NCBI RefSeq assembly: GCF_006345805.1
Contig: NC_043005.1
Coordinates: forward strand, 46,376,001-46,440,000
From: Octopus sinensis
Lineage: Eukaryota
DNA length: 64,000 bases
Direction of reading: 5' to 3'
The translations under genes and the position numbers were made by a program. How positions within the stretch are numbered: the stretch's first letter is position 1; each line of letters begins with the position of its first letter. The notes under the pieces were generated by a model that saw nothing but the letters and a program-made list of their open reading frames with translations, made no database searches and was not told where the DNA came from. This document shows positions 23,832 to 36,483 of this stretch, in pieces.

Positions 23832-24523
23832 ATAGAAGATATATTTTAACCGGACTGCCGGCCGAAGCTAGCTATTGTTTGGTTCTTTCTATTGATTTCT
23901 TTTAAGAAAACTAAGTCTTCCAGTTTGTTTAGAGTTGTCTCTCTTGGTATTTGGTACTAAAAAGCGTACAAAAGTTTGAAATGCATCTACCAGTCCACAG
24001 GGGACACTATGTACTAATTACGATGTGTTTACACCTTTCGCCTCGGCGAGAATTTTTCTCAATGGCAAACCGCAGTGAAGATGCCTTTTTACAGGTCAAA
24101 CATATATTAGCAGTGATTTAAATTTTGTTTTACACCACTGCTACATATAATATTAGAAAAACTAAGGCGTTAAGGCTGTCTAACTTACCCAGAGGTAATG
24201 AAAGGAATATGTTGACAATTGTTTAAGAAAAATAGTAGTTTGGTTTCTTTAATAATATATATGTTGTGATTGATTAATCTGATTTATCCCCCATAAACCA
24301 AATCTATAATGGAAACCATTTCCAGTCTTTACTACACATACTCTATTTCCGACCCAGGAGTGTATTATCAATTTTGGGCTTTCCAAGCGATAGTTGCTAT
24401 GTAGCTTTAGACTGGCCATTACAGAGTCTTAGTTAATAAGATAATTTACAGAGTTAACCTGTTGCTAAAAATATTACAGACGTCATTAGCTCATCTTCTG
24501 ACTTAAATTTTGTGTTGGTTATA

Positions 24524-24656
<133 letters not shown>

Positions 24657-24671
24657 AACATATACATACAT

Positions 24672-25092
24672 TCTTTCTTTTATTTGTTTCAGTCATTTGA
24701 CTGCGAGCATGCTGGAGCACCGCCTTAAAAGGTTTTTAGTCCAAGAACTCGACCCCTGGGTTTATTCTTCGTAAGCCTAGCACTTATTTTACTGGTCTGT
24801 TTTGCCGAACTGTTAGTTACGGGGACATAAACACACCAGCATCGGTTGTCAACTGATGGCTGGAGGACAAACACAAACAGACACAGAAACACACACACAT
24901 AAATACATACATATATAAATATATATACGACGGGATTCCTTCAGTTTCCGTCTACCAAATCCACTTACAATGATTTTTTGTCGGCCCGTGGCAATAGTAG
25001 AAGACACTTGCTTAAGGTGCTATGTAGTGGGGATGAACCCAAAACCATGCAGTTGGGAAGTAAGCTTCTTACCGCACAGCCACGACCGCACC

Positions 25093-25093
<1 letters not shown>
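24672..25093 (-). mobile_element. SINE family B, full length
   Basis: Reverse complement of the family B consensus, with internal (TA)/(CA) tract. Confidence 0.88.
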
Positions 25094-25131
<38 letters not shown>

Positions 25132-25138
25132 GTGCGCG

Positions 25139-25182
<44 letters not shown>

Positions 25183-25194
25183 CGCGCGCGTGTT

Positions 25195-25225
<31 letters not shown>

Positions 25226-26011
25226 ATATGTTTGTATGTATGTATATATGTATATATGTATGTATGTAAGTATGTCTGTGTGTGCGCGCGCATGCTTGTC
25301 TTTTTGCGTATAAGCAAGTTATTTCTGATACAAATCTACCATACCAGATTATTCGCAACCAGGAACAGTCTTTCGTGGGATATTTTGAGTTCTTGCTTCA
25401 GGAGGGGGCATACTCTTGAATCAGGAATAGGTATCTTGTGATTTGCTTTCTGAACGGCCGTCGTAACCTCTAATAAAATAAATGAACTGCAATAAAGAAT
25501 CGAAACTGTGTCGCAAACTTGCTTCACCAGCAGCTTGCCTCCGGACGCGAATGATTTATGTTTATAATATTTGTATGTGCACTGACGAATATTCATAATG
25601 TATGATCGTAATTTCACGACATTCCAGAGATATAATAAACAGCACGAAGTTAATTACAAGGCACAGTAAACCTATAGTTGCATGTTTTTCCATTATCCTT
25701 AAAGTTGCCAAGTGTGGGAGAATCTAAATATGAATTACTGCTTTAAATCTGTACTTTATGATATTTCAGTTGACATACTGATCAAGAAAACCAAAGTTCA
25801 GCGGCTGATCAACATTTTTTCTCAAGAAGCAAACTAAGATTGTCACCAGTTGGTCTAAATTAGATACTCCGAAATTAAACATTCATAAATCAGTCCCTTA
25901 TGCTCAAGAATTTTATCTTTCATATAGACATTTTATCTAAATATATGGAAATATATGATTTGCACATACGTTTTCAATATATTCTTTGATTTCTCTTATG
26001 TTATTTCAATT

Positions 26012-26947
26012 ACTCCACTCTCAGATTTTGCGAAGAAGATGTCAAGAGATGCAAACTAGGTAGGAAAAATCAAAGTGTCTTTAAATTTTCCAAGCGTTCA
26101 TTAGAATGAACGTCGTTCTGGTTACAAGGCGTTAGATATGAATCATCGCCAAGATAGACCAATCTATCATAAGAAACATTTAGAAAATATCTTGTATCAG
26201 ATTCTGAGAACAAGATAAAGTGAATTACTGTAAATCCTCGAGTATAATTCGCATTTCCCCCACAAAATTTAAAGGTCAAAATCCTTAGTGCTTACTATAT
26301 ACGAGGTTTAAAATGAAAATTATTTACTAAGCAATGTCCAAGTCTCTATTTGCTGTTCGGCAATGTTTATTCAGACGCATTTTGTGATGTCGGGCGCGAA
26401 AATACCTTAAGCTAAGCCTGAAAGCAATGAAGTCATAAAAGAATCATCCATAACTTGCAGTAAGCAACTTTTATTAAATGTTATTACTGTTATTTCTTTA
26501 TTTTCTGCAAACAAAATGCACAAAAAGCTACACGTTTGCACTATGTTATATATACAATAATAATGAAGGACGTTACTGTATACAGTTTTACAAACCAAGG
26601 CCGTTATATAGACCTCCTTGACTCAAGATAGAAAAGGGGTGCGTATTATACACACGGCTTAGGTTTTTCAGAGGTACAGTCTCCTAAAAATCCTCTGCGT
26701 ATTATACTCAAGGGCGGACTATACTCGAAGATTTACGGAACTCCACTCAGATTTTGCGAAGATGTCAAGAGCTGAAAACTAGGTAGGAAAAATCAAAATG
26801 TCTTCAAAGTTTCCAAGAGTTCATAAGAATGAATGTCGTTCTGGTTACATGGCGTTAGATATGAATCATCCCCCAAGACCAATCTATCATAAGAAACATT
26901 CAGAAAATATCTTGTATCAGATTCTGAGGACAAGATAAAGTGAATTA
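26012..26947. repeat. About 210-bp direct repeats (26012-26227 and 26740-26947) flanking the MITE
   Basis: Both copies run ACTCCACTC...AGATTTTGCGAAG...CTTGTATCAGATTCTGAG(A/G)ACAAGATAAAGTGAATTA, with scattered substitutions and small indels. Confidence 0.9.
26228..26738. mobile_element. Tc1/pogo(Tigger)-like MITE, about 510 bp
   Basis: TA|CTGTAAATCCTCGAGTATAATTCGC ... GCGGACTATACTCGAAGATTTACGG form 25-bp TIRs with 4 mismatches; no ORF. Confidence 0.7.
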
Positions 26948-27544
26948 AGTGTTTTTCCAGAGATTTAATGAAACGCCTTTAATAAATTCCACACCAATTA
27001 GCGTCTCGATTTGCTTACCCACTCAGCTATTTTTCCTCTGAGAAATAGTTTCAATTTTGGTGAAATTCCGCGATCGCCTCTTCATTAGGAGAATATTATA
27101 TCTTCTTCAACTAAGCTAGAAAGTGTTTTTATCATAGTTTTCATTTGTCGTTGGAATTTTAAATTGTAAGATGTATGTAGCTGCATTATAAGAAGTTCTT
27201 CAGAAAACTGTAGCTTATTTAGTTCTAAATGTACTTTAGTTAGTTGACAATTACAGCAGCTACATCAGAGGAAATATTATCTTGTTTAATCTTACCTCAC
27301 TTAAGAAGACACATGATTTCTTCTGCTAATTTGATTATTAAATTCTTTCTCATGCATTAATATGATTTTCAAGGAGTTTCAAATGAAGTCATGCTATTTG
27401 AAGCACCATTAAGAGGTCCTCAATGAAATTCCATATCTTTATACAAAGCAGTAGCAAATTAGTTCTGATTTAGTTCATTTCTAAGCAATTACCACTGCTA
27501 GAAACTTGGTTGTAAATTAACGTCATACAAAATCGTATACTTAC

Positions 27545-27593
27545 CAGACCTGCATGGATTTTGTAAGAGGTTAGTTACGAAATACTTGGTGAC
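27545..27593 (-). other. Candidate 49-nt exon
   Basis: Acceptor CTTATATTTTTACTTAG and donor CTG|GTAAGT; only one frame is open (VTKYFVTNLLQNPCRS). Confidence 0.25.
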
Positions 27594-27823
27594 CTAAGTA
27601 AAAATATAAGTTGAATTAAAAAGTTTTAATACATTTTTTAAAATATGGAAATCACTGAGTGAAGCCAGAGCAGTTAATTTACACTTCCAGTATATTCTAA
27701 ATCTCTGTGAAGAGGAAACATGGCCAGAAATAATGTACCAGAGAGATTCACATCTAAGTGAAAATGAATACGCAAAAGTTTGAAAAGAGGGTGGTAATGT
27801 GATAGGTGTGCACTTAATTTTTT

Positions 27824-28223
27824 TTATTACTTGTTTCATTCATTTGACTGCGGCCATGCTGGAGCACCGCCTTTAGTCGAGCAAATCGACCCCAAGACTT
27901 ATTCTTTGTAAACCCAGTACTTATTCTATCGGTCTCTTTTGCCGAACCTCTAAGTTACAGGGACGTAAATACACCAGCATCGGTTGTCAAGCGATGCTAG
28001 GGGGACAAACACAGACACACTCACACATACACTCACACATATATATATATACATATATACGACAGGCTTCTTTCAGTTTCCGTCTACCAAATCCACTCAC
28101 AAGGCATTGGTCGGCCCGGGGCTATAGTAGAAGACACTTGCCCAAGGTGCCACGCAGTGGGACTGGACCCGGAACCATGTGGTTGGTTAGCAAGCTACTT
28201 ACCACACAGCCACTCCTGCGCCT
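27824..28223 (-). mobile_element. SINE family B, full length, young
   Basis: Close to consensus: AAGGCGCAGGAGTGGCTGTGTGGTAAGTAGCTTGC... on the minus strand. Confidence 0.92.
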
Positions 28224-28330
28224 TAATGGAGCATAAAACCGAAAAAGTTTTGTAGATGCTTTAAGCAGAAATTTCAGAGAAGCAGAGACTAACGTAATGG
28301 CGGTAATTGATATATATGTATATATATATA

Positions 28331-28361
<31 letters not shown>

Positions 28362-28540
28362 ATGTATGTATGTATGTATGTACGTATGTGTGTGTGTATG
28401 TGTATATACAGATAGATAGAAAGACACAAATACTACTCGGTGAGTGCATGTGTGTGTGTGTATACATACATACATGCATACATACATACATACATACATA
28501 CATACATACATACATACATACATACATACATACATACATA

Positions 28541-28897
28541 CCTCAGAGAAGACCTGGATGGAAAGCACTCAGCATGCAAAAAAAAAAGACTATGCCCGGA
28601 AGGTTGAAAAAGACAGTAGAATTGACACGAAGCGCAGCCCCTCTTGGACACTTTGAAGGCTATGCGTTTGCAATCCAAGAACAGGAGATTACCACAAAGT
28701 ACCTCGTGAACAAGAGAGACAGTGACGCTCTTGTAATCCGAAGGTGCAACTGCATGTGTAGGCAATGTCATGTTTCTGTAGAAGATGTAATGCATGTGAT
28801 TAGTAGCTGCCCTAAAATGTCGCCACGGTACTATCTCCCTATGCGGCACGATGTTGTCGCTAAAACAATTTACAATGCCATCCGCAAGAAAGACTGA
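28541..28897 (+). mobile_element. R4-type RLE LINE internal fragment (zinc-knuckle region)
   Basis: FEGYAFAIQEQEITTKYL...CRQCHVSVEDVMHVISSCPKMSPRYYLPMRHDVVAKTIYN; homologous to 31140-31520. Confidence 0.8.
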
Positions 28898-29077
28898 AAT
28901 AAACTTAGAAAATCCTTCTTTAGAATCAAAATGTCTCACGTGAATTGAAAAAGAAAACAACAAAAACAAAAACTACACATCGTACTCTCTTACTGCCAAT
29001 GTACTTTTATTCTATAACTGGAACTTAAATGGCAGTGCTGTACTAGTTGATGTAAAATTCTAATTGTCACCAATACC

Positions 29078-29309
29078 TATTTCTTTATTACCCACAAGGG
29101 GCTAAACATAGAGGGGACAAACAAAGACAGACATAGGTATTAAGTCGATTACATCGACCCCAGTGCGTAACTGGTACTTAATTTATCGACTCCAAAAGGA
29201 TGAAAGGCAAAGTCGACCTCGGCGGAATTTGAACTCACAACGTAACGACAGACGAAATACCGCTAAGCATTTCGCCCGACGTGCTAACGTTTCTGCCAGC
29301 TCGCCGCCT
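29078..29309 (-). mobile_element. SINE family A, full length, with 14-bp TSD
   Basis: TTGTCACCAATACC at 29064-29077 and 29310-29323. Confidence 0.93.
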
Positions 29310-29388
29310 TTGTCACCAATACCATTTACTTCTTTTTAGGATTCCAGAGTAATCCTAATTACTGCCGCATTTCAACAAATCAAAAATA

Positions 29389-29598
29389 CGAAAGGGTGTT
29401 GAAAAGTTCCTGGCTTTAAGGGTATGGCAAAAGGTCTGGTTGGAGGCCCAACCTTTCGTGCTCTTTTACAGGCCTTAGAAAAACTGAAGGACCGCAGCAA
29501 TAAGTGTGTGAATTTGAGAGGGGAATATGTTGAATAAAATTATAACTGATCCTCCTGTATTTTTTTACCTAAAGAGAGGAACTTTTCAGCACCAACCG
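29389..29598. mobile_element. Mariner-derived MITE, about 210 bp
   Basis: TA|CGAAAGGGTGTTGAAAAGTTCC ... GGAACTTTTCAGCACCAACCG|TA: imperfect TIRs with TA flanks. Confidence 0.7.
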
Positions 29599-29700
29599 TA
29601 CGTACGTACACATACATGCATGCATACAAACACACACACACACATATATACATACATACATACATTCATACATACATACATACATACATACATACATACA

Positions 29701-29734
<34 letters not shown>

Positions 29735-29879
29735 CATACATACATAAATACATACATACACACAACACAGCCATACATCATAGCACCGTCAATATCAGAC
29801 GTGCAGGTGTAGAGGACCGTTTAAAATTCTTTTTTGAACCTTTTCTTCTACATTAATACCGACTCCTCCAGTCTTAATC

Positions 29880-31961
29880 AGTAACTGGTTTATTTCTCCC
29901 ATTACAACTGTGAGAAACACCTTTTACTTAGCAACGTAGCGTTATTCAAACTGAATCTACCTCGGTGCTACGAGAAAAGCCGTGATGATCGTTCTATCAG
30001 ATATATGAAACAGTTAAAAAATACTAGGTCGGAGCTCACCCCAACTTTAATATCTTTACGGTGAAACAGTTTCGGCTACAAGAATCTTTCTTTGACAAGA
30101 AAAAAAAACAAAAAACATATTGACTGATGGGCAGGTAGTCGGAAAGAAGCGTGTGTAGGGAATGGGTGCCGAACAACTTTTGGTAAACAAAGCTGTACTG
30201 TCTAAAATAAAACGCCTTGCGAAAATATGACCTGATCGCAGGAAAGCGTTTGACTTTATTCCCCACTAATGACTGTTGACGTGTCAATATTTGACAAAGG
30301 TATGTGCTACTTTAGTTTGCTGTCATTGAGAAGCTCACAAATACCTTGCCAACACTTCTCACACTTACAACTGGGAGCTGAAAGATCATTTCCAACATTA
30401 TAAATATTTCAATGGTAATATTCAAAGGAGATAGACTTCCTGTAATTCTGTTCACTTTGGCATTAGATCCATTACTATTCCTGCTGCAAAAATCAAGTGG
30501 CTACATGCTAGGGTCTGCAACGGCTAGAGACATTAATGTAACCCATAATTTCTTTGTGGATGATCTGATGATTATGCTAAAAATGTTAATAATCTCCCCC
30601 ACCAAAAAAGAAAAAAAAAGCTGAAGATATTTAGTTGTTGGACGCGGAAAATCACCCCGCTACCCAAAATCTGTGCATCAATGGTCACCCTATATCTCCT
30701 GTTCCACATAAAGAACCTTACAATCATATAGGCATTAGTGAAAACATACGAAGATAGAGTGACCCGAAAATATTATGCCAGAATAAGAAAAGTATGGCTG
30801 TCGAAATCTCCTGTTGTAACTAAACAATATCCCACAATGCAGTTGTAGCACCAGTGCTGATTCCGTGCCTTGGGATACTTGATTGGTCTATAAAGGAAAC
30901 TGTGATGTCGACAGTAGCTACGTAAGAAGGATCAAAAGAGGTAGAGGTATGAGATCAGTGTAGACAGCTATCGAATGTCGGATAGTCCCTCTTAAAGAAC
31001 ACCTGTTAAACAACCGCAAAAAAATAAATACGCAAACATAGGGCAGGAAAGCTAAGAGAAATAACATCCGACGAGTTGGCAGTGAATCACACAAGACGTA
31101 CTCTCTTCCTGATTATCTTACATGCAACCTCTAAAACAGCCGAACTAACGTACCTCAGAGAAGACGTGGATGTGAAATGTTCAGCAAACAAAACTTTTTT
31201 TTTTTAAATGGCTATTCATGGATATATTTACCGAAGACTCGAAGTCAATAACATCGACATGAAGTGCAACCTCACTTGGACTCGTGATTGCTACATCACA
31301 TCACAATTCAAGAACAGGGGATTGCTACGAAATACCTGATAAGCTAAAGATTCAGTGAAGGGCTTGGAACACCAAGATGCAACCGAAAATACAGATTATA
31401 TCATATTTCTGCGGAAGCCATCTCACATGATTAGCAGCTGCGCAAAAATGTCATCAAGGTATTACCTCCCTATGCGACGACTCGACGCTTTCGCAAAAAC
31501 GATATATAATCCCATCCGGAAAGAAGAGTGTTCTGGAATAAATATACAGAAACCCCTTGCTATTGAATATGTACACAAACAACAACAACACATAGAATAT
31601 TGGTCGAACATTCCTATCAAAACATCTATCAAGTGTAAGCATAATAGGCCGGATAATGTTTGGGACTGATTAGAAGAAGTAGAGGTCAGCTGCCTTACTA
31701 ATGCGGACATCTCATCGAAAATCAAAGAAAGTGGATAACCAAAGACATCTGCTTCGAAACAACCAGTTCGTATTTCCAGATTATAAATTGACATTTACAC
31801 TTATAAAAATTGGTGTAATAGGTTTTCTGAGTAAATGCTTAAGTGACAATCTGGATAAGCCAAGATTTCCAGAAGACAATAACCAGCTAATTCGCATATT
31901 GCATACAAAATCTGTAAGTGGAAAAGTAAGACTATGCAAGACTTTTAAGTGTAAAACGTGA
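29880..31961 (+). mobile_element. Heavily decayed R4-type RLE LINE (RT to RLE)
   Basis: EQLLVNKAVL, DRRKAFDFIPH, IFKGDRL.VILFTLALDPL, HNFFVDDL, GRGMRSV, HMISSCAKMSSRYYLPMR, KHNRPD, KIGVIG...VRLCKTF; many stops and frameshifts. Confidence 0.75.
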
Positions 31962-32159
31962 ATTTGTTTTTTGTTATTTACATTACAGCGACGGAGCTTT
32001 GTAGCTTTGTTAGAAACTAGCTCATTCTTTAGAGGAAGGTATGAATTAATTAAAAAAAGAAGGGGATGTGTGTGTGTGAATGCTTGTGTATGCGTGTGTG
32101 AGTATGTGTGTGTATGTAAGTATATATGTAGATAAATAGATACATACACATAGTAATGA

Positions 32160-32161
32160 TG

Positions 32162-32223
<62 letters not shown>

Positions 32224-32321
32224 AAGAAGAAGGAGGAGGAGGAGGAGGAGGGGGAGGAGAAGAAGAAGAAGAAGAAGAAGAAGAAGAAGAAGAAGAAGAA
32301 GAAGAAGAAGAAGAAGAAGAA
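32160..32321. repeat. (TAA)n-(GAA)n-(GGA)n-(GAA)n microsatellite
   Basis: Directly visible. Confidence 0.95.
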
Positions 32322-33016
32322 GACCAGGTTCTCGCTGCCAAGTCAGTGAAATATAACATATATAAAACTTCTGACACCCAGAAATGCAGACTCTGGAAAG
32401 AGTGTGAAAAGTGTGACCCACTTGGTAAGTAGATGTGAGAGCCTTGCACAAAAAGAATACAAGCGCCACCACGATAAAGTGTGTGTGTATCTTCATTGGC
32501 TCTTATGCCGTAAATACCAACATGAAATAACAGAGAACTGGTATGAGCATGTACCAAGCAAAGTTATGGAGGAGGATGGAAAAGTAACGATACTCTGGGA
32601 CAATGATTTTCAGACGGATCGTGTAATCGAAGAACATCGGCCGGATATTGTCATATTGAATAAGAGAGACAAATACTGTCAGATCATTGATATAGCCATA
32701 CCAAATGACATGAATGTTGTGAGTAAAGAGGTTTAAAGAATCACCAAGCACTCCGAATTGAGAGTGGAAATGGCAAGACTGTATGGAATGCGAGAGGGAA
32801 ATGTAAAAGTGATGTCAATAGCGATCGGAGCATTGGGTTCAACCGCATTGAAACTTCAAAGCTTCTTAAGGAATCTGGAAATCCCATGCAAGATTGAAGT
32901 CTTGCTAAAAGCAGCCTTACAGAGCACAGCGCATATCTTAAGGAAAGTATTATCTGTCTGAGGTCCTTGTTGTGACTTGACATATGATTAAAGACGCTGG
33001 TGCATTTTTACGAAGG
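32322..33016 (+). mobile_element. 5'-truncated R4/Dong-type RLE LINE (second family), followed by (TAA)n
   Basis: DQVL...KCRL...SVTHLVSRCESLAQKEYKRHHDKV...LHWLLC, HRPDIVILNK...IIDIAIP, IGALGS...STAHILRKVLSV* (stop 32959-32961); (TAA)n from 33017. Confidence 0.9.
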
Positions 33017-33047
33017 AATAATGATAATAATAATAATAATAATAATG

Positions 33048-33104
<57 letters not shown>

Positions 33105-33213
33105 TAGCAATGTAAACTGCTAGTGCAACCCCACCAAAACTGCTATTACCATTTGGTAGCCGGCCTAATAAAATATGCATATTGAAAGACGTTTCCCGTA
33201 AACGAACTTAAGG

Positions 33214-33247
<34 letters not shown>

Positions 33248-33303
33248 TATATATATATGTGTGTATACAGAGAGAGAGAGAGAGAGATAAACACGTCCAT
33301 CTA

Positions 33304-33347
<44 letters not shown>

Positions 33348-33449
33348 TCCGTAATAATGAAGGGTGAAATTAATTAATTTGGAATAATTATCAATTACAC
33401 CAAGTAGTCTTCGGCATGTAAAAGCCTCATTCGAGGAAAATTTAAGTAA

Positions 33450-33577
33450 TACTAAGCAATAAAGGGTTTAGCAACGAATTGCCCTTTTTAGTAGAAGAAA
33501 TAGCTATAACTCTTTGACTGCTATTTCTAAATTCGGTATGTGGTAAGGCAATTCGTTGCTAAACCCTTTATTGCTTA

Positions 33578-33580
<3 letters not shown>
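33450..33580. repeat. Perfect 34-bp inverted repeat with structured spacer, between (TA)n tracts
   Basis: Arms 33450-33483 and 33547-33580; inner hairpin AGAAATAGC/GCTATTTCT. Confidence 0.9.
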
Positions 33581-33636
<56 letters not shown>

Positions 33637-33698
33637 GTAGTTGGATCCGTTTCTCTATGCTAATTTTTATTCAATCGGATGGAATAGATTTTTCTTAC

Positions 33699-33719
33699 CT
33701 TGCATTCACCTGCCATATT
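33699..33719 (-). other. Candidate 21-nt microexon
   Basis: TTCATTTTCTAAATAG|AATATGGCAGGTGAATGCAAG|GTAAGA. Confidence 0.2.
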
Positions 33720-34495
33720 CTATTTAGAAAATGAAGATTTATGAATATTTTAGCATTCAATCAACCTCAAGGAAGACCAATTCTTTCTAATAGTAATAAA
33801 TCATATGGCTAGTGTCTTCTTAATGTCGAAGGAAATTGCAATACTCATCAGGATAATTTAATCAAAGTTCAACACAGAATTAATGGATTAATCCTTCTTT
33901 ACTTAGAAATTATAAGCAACTCTTAGATTTAGATTTACTTGTTGTTATTTTGTTTGGAAGAGGAGTGTTCAAATATTGCAACTTAATTAGTGACAGGAAA
34001 TGATGTTTCCTATTTAGTAACAGAATCTACTCTTGTTTCCCTTCAGTTATAAAGCGGATGTCAATCTATTGGTTCAGCACCGCATTTATGTCTTCCAGAG
34101 AAATATTTCATGCTGCCAACTTTTAATTGTTATATGAAAATTGGAGTTTAATTCGCAAGCATGGCTAACTAGATAAAATATTCTAGGAACGTAAATATAT
34201 TGATAGGTTAACATTTTATGAACATCATTATTTTCATTGAGGAAAGAGTATCTGTTTATATATTTGGTAAATAATTTCGAGTAGGCATAATTTTAATCAG
34301 ATTTAATGTTTCATAAATATTTATGAAAGTTAAGGATGCCAACTACACAAGAGCTTATAAAGTTTATCATAAAGTATATTATTTTAAATTAAAAAAATTA
34401 AAAAAACAAGACTCAAACAGCTAGTATGTTCTGTGGCAAAATGGTGAATTCGATCAACTCTCTTTATTTCACTCCGATGATGTAAACTTGGCAAT

Positions 34496-34717
34496 TAATG
34501 ACGAGTAGGCAGAACCGTTAGCACGTTGGACAAAATGCTTAATGGCATTTCGTCCGTCTTTACGTTCTAAGTTCATATTCCGCCGAAGTCGATTTTTTCT
34601 TTCATCCTCTCGGGATCGATAAAATAAGTACCAGTTGAGCACTGGGGTCGATGTAAGTAACTTATCCACTTCCCCGATGTTGCTGGTTATGTCCCAAATA
34701 TTTGAAACCAAATAATG
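34496..34717 (+). mobile_element. SINE family A (third tail variant ...TTTGAAACCAA)
   Basis: GGCAGAACCGTTAGCACG...GTTCATATTCCGCCGAAGTCGA...AGTACCAGTTGAGCACTGGGGTCGATGTAA. Confidence 0.85.
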
Positions 34718-36483
34718 ACAAGCAGACTTTTGTGTATTCGAATCGAATTCCTGATACTTTATGTCCCCGAGAAAGTTACTAGATTCTTCCATTCCATTCG
34801 CTGTGTAAATACTATCAAAGGGAATTAGACGTATCAAACATTCCTTAAAAGTTTCGAAATATTTTTTGTTTGTTTCTGTTCTTTTTTTCTCTCCTGGTGA
34901 TCTGATTGTTAAGGTCATCTTGTTTGGCTCACACCAGACAAACCATGGAACTAAACCAGCCAATAGATTATATGTTGGTGAGACACAACTAAACACGCAC
35001 TAAACATGACTAGGATGCTGAATATTAAAGGCTTGACTAATATATCAATTTGGAATGTCAATGAAGAATAATAAACTGTTACTATGACGAAATACAGTAA
35101 ACATCCTGACCGATGATGTTTCAGGTCTAATACTGTATATTCAATTAAGCGAAAACATGAGCCATTCTGACGCTTTAGAACATTTCAATATAAATGCATA
35201 TTTTATATACGTAACACTAAAATATAAAATAAATTTAATAAAAATATGAACATTCTGCTGAAATTATGAACAAATATTAAAGTAAATGGATAGATTTAAC
35301 TTAAAAGATTCAGTATTCTGGAAGTTATGAATTTTAGTAAGTTTATTCTGATAAGATTATCATAATATATTTCATGTTTGTGAGCAAACGATTTGTTTCT
35401 CTTTATGGCAGAAAACGACATCAAAAACATATTTGCGATATAATTGACGAAGATATTTTTATGGAGAAATCTTTAAATCGAAAAGTTTAAATAATGTCAG
35501 AGCTCTGACGAATGCTCAAAATAATAAACTTTTGATATTTCTTCTTTAATTTCTTTCTATCTGTATATAAAATTGCTATTAAAATACATTTATTTTTCTT
35601 CTTTGTATAGCTTCTCATGATTTCGATTCCATTTCCCAGACATCAGTCACACACACAAACACACGCACACGTAACTTTGATGGTAATTCCAACAGAGTTT
35701 TCTCTTCACATCCAATGTTTCTACTTTCGTTTGCCATGTAACGCCGATAAAATCCTGCATGCCATTAGTTTTATTTTTCCCTATTTTTATTTTGCAATCG
35801 ATCATCTCTTAACGAGAATATCAATCCTTATGAGCAGTGGTTTGTTGGTTCTGTTTTGTGAAGCGGCTACCGGGTTTTATTTACTAAACATCGAATAACA
35901 AATGAGGAAATATGTAACATTCATGCTCTCAGCACACGCTGGAATATACTTTCCTGATACAGTTTGCCTTTGATCGTAGGATCTTTATTGATAATCAATC
36001 ATAACTGCGTGTCAGGTCATTTGTTTCTGACGCGGGTTCTAGTTTGAAACTTCATGAGGCTTTTATGAATGCCATCATCACAACTTAATGGTAGTTGGAT
36101 AGATAGCTCAGTATTAGCCGTTTACAAGCAGCTCAATCTTTCAATCTTACGGTGTTCTGATCAACTCATTCCAACTACTCGCTTGTTTTAAACTGTTTAT
36201 GAATGTCACCCTTTTGAATAGATATAAAATTCTTCATTATATTTGTGATGGTTATGCTTCAGCAAGTATCATCTAGCCTGAAATATTTAGCATTCAACCG
36301 TGCTATTAGTAAGATAAATATGTCAAAATCAACGAATTGTTTCACATTAAAAAATTCTTAGTAATTGTCAATTTGTTATAGTATTTTGTTAGTAATGTTG
36401 CCTCCCTTTGGTCATTATTCATGCATCTTTAAATACTGCTGAGAAACATTGGTTTCATTTCATTATATAGAGACTAATTTCCT

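Noticed and set aside
33180-33215. Minus-strand GAAACGTC half hammerhead
   Set aside because: The upstream is replaced by (TA)n with no CTGAnGA; an 8-mer alone is not evidence.
36151-36277. Minus-strand acceptor/donor pair
   Set aside because: Stops in all three frames; it shows the chance rate of splice-like pairs here.
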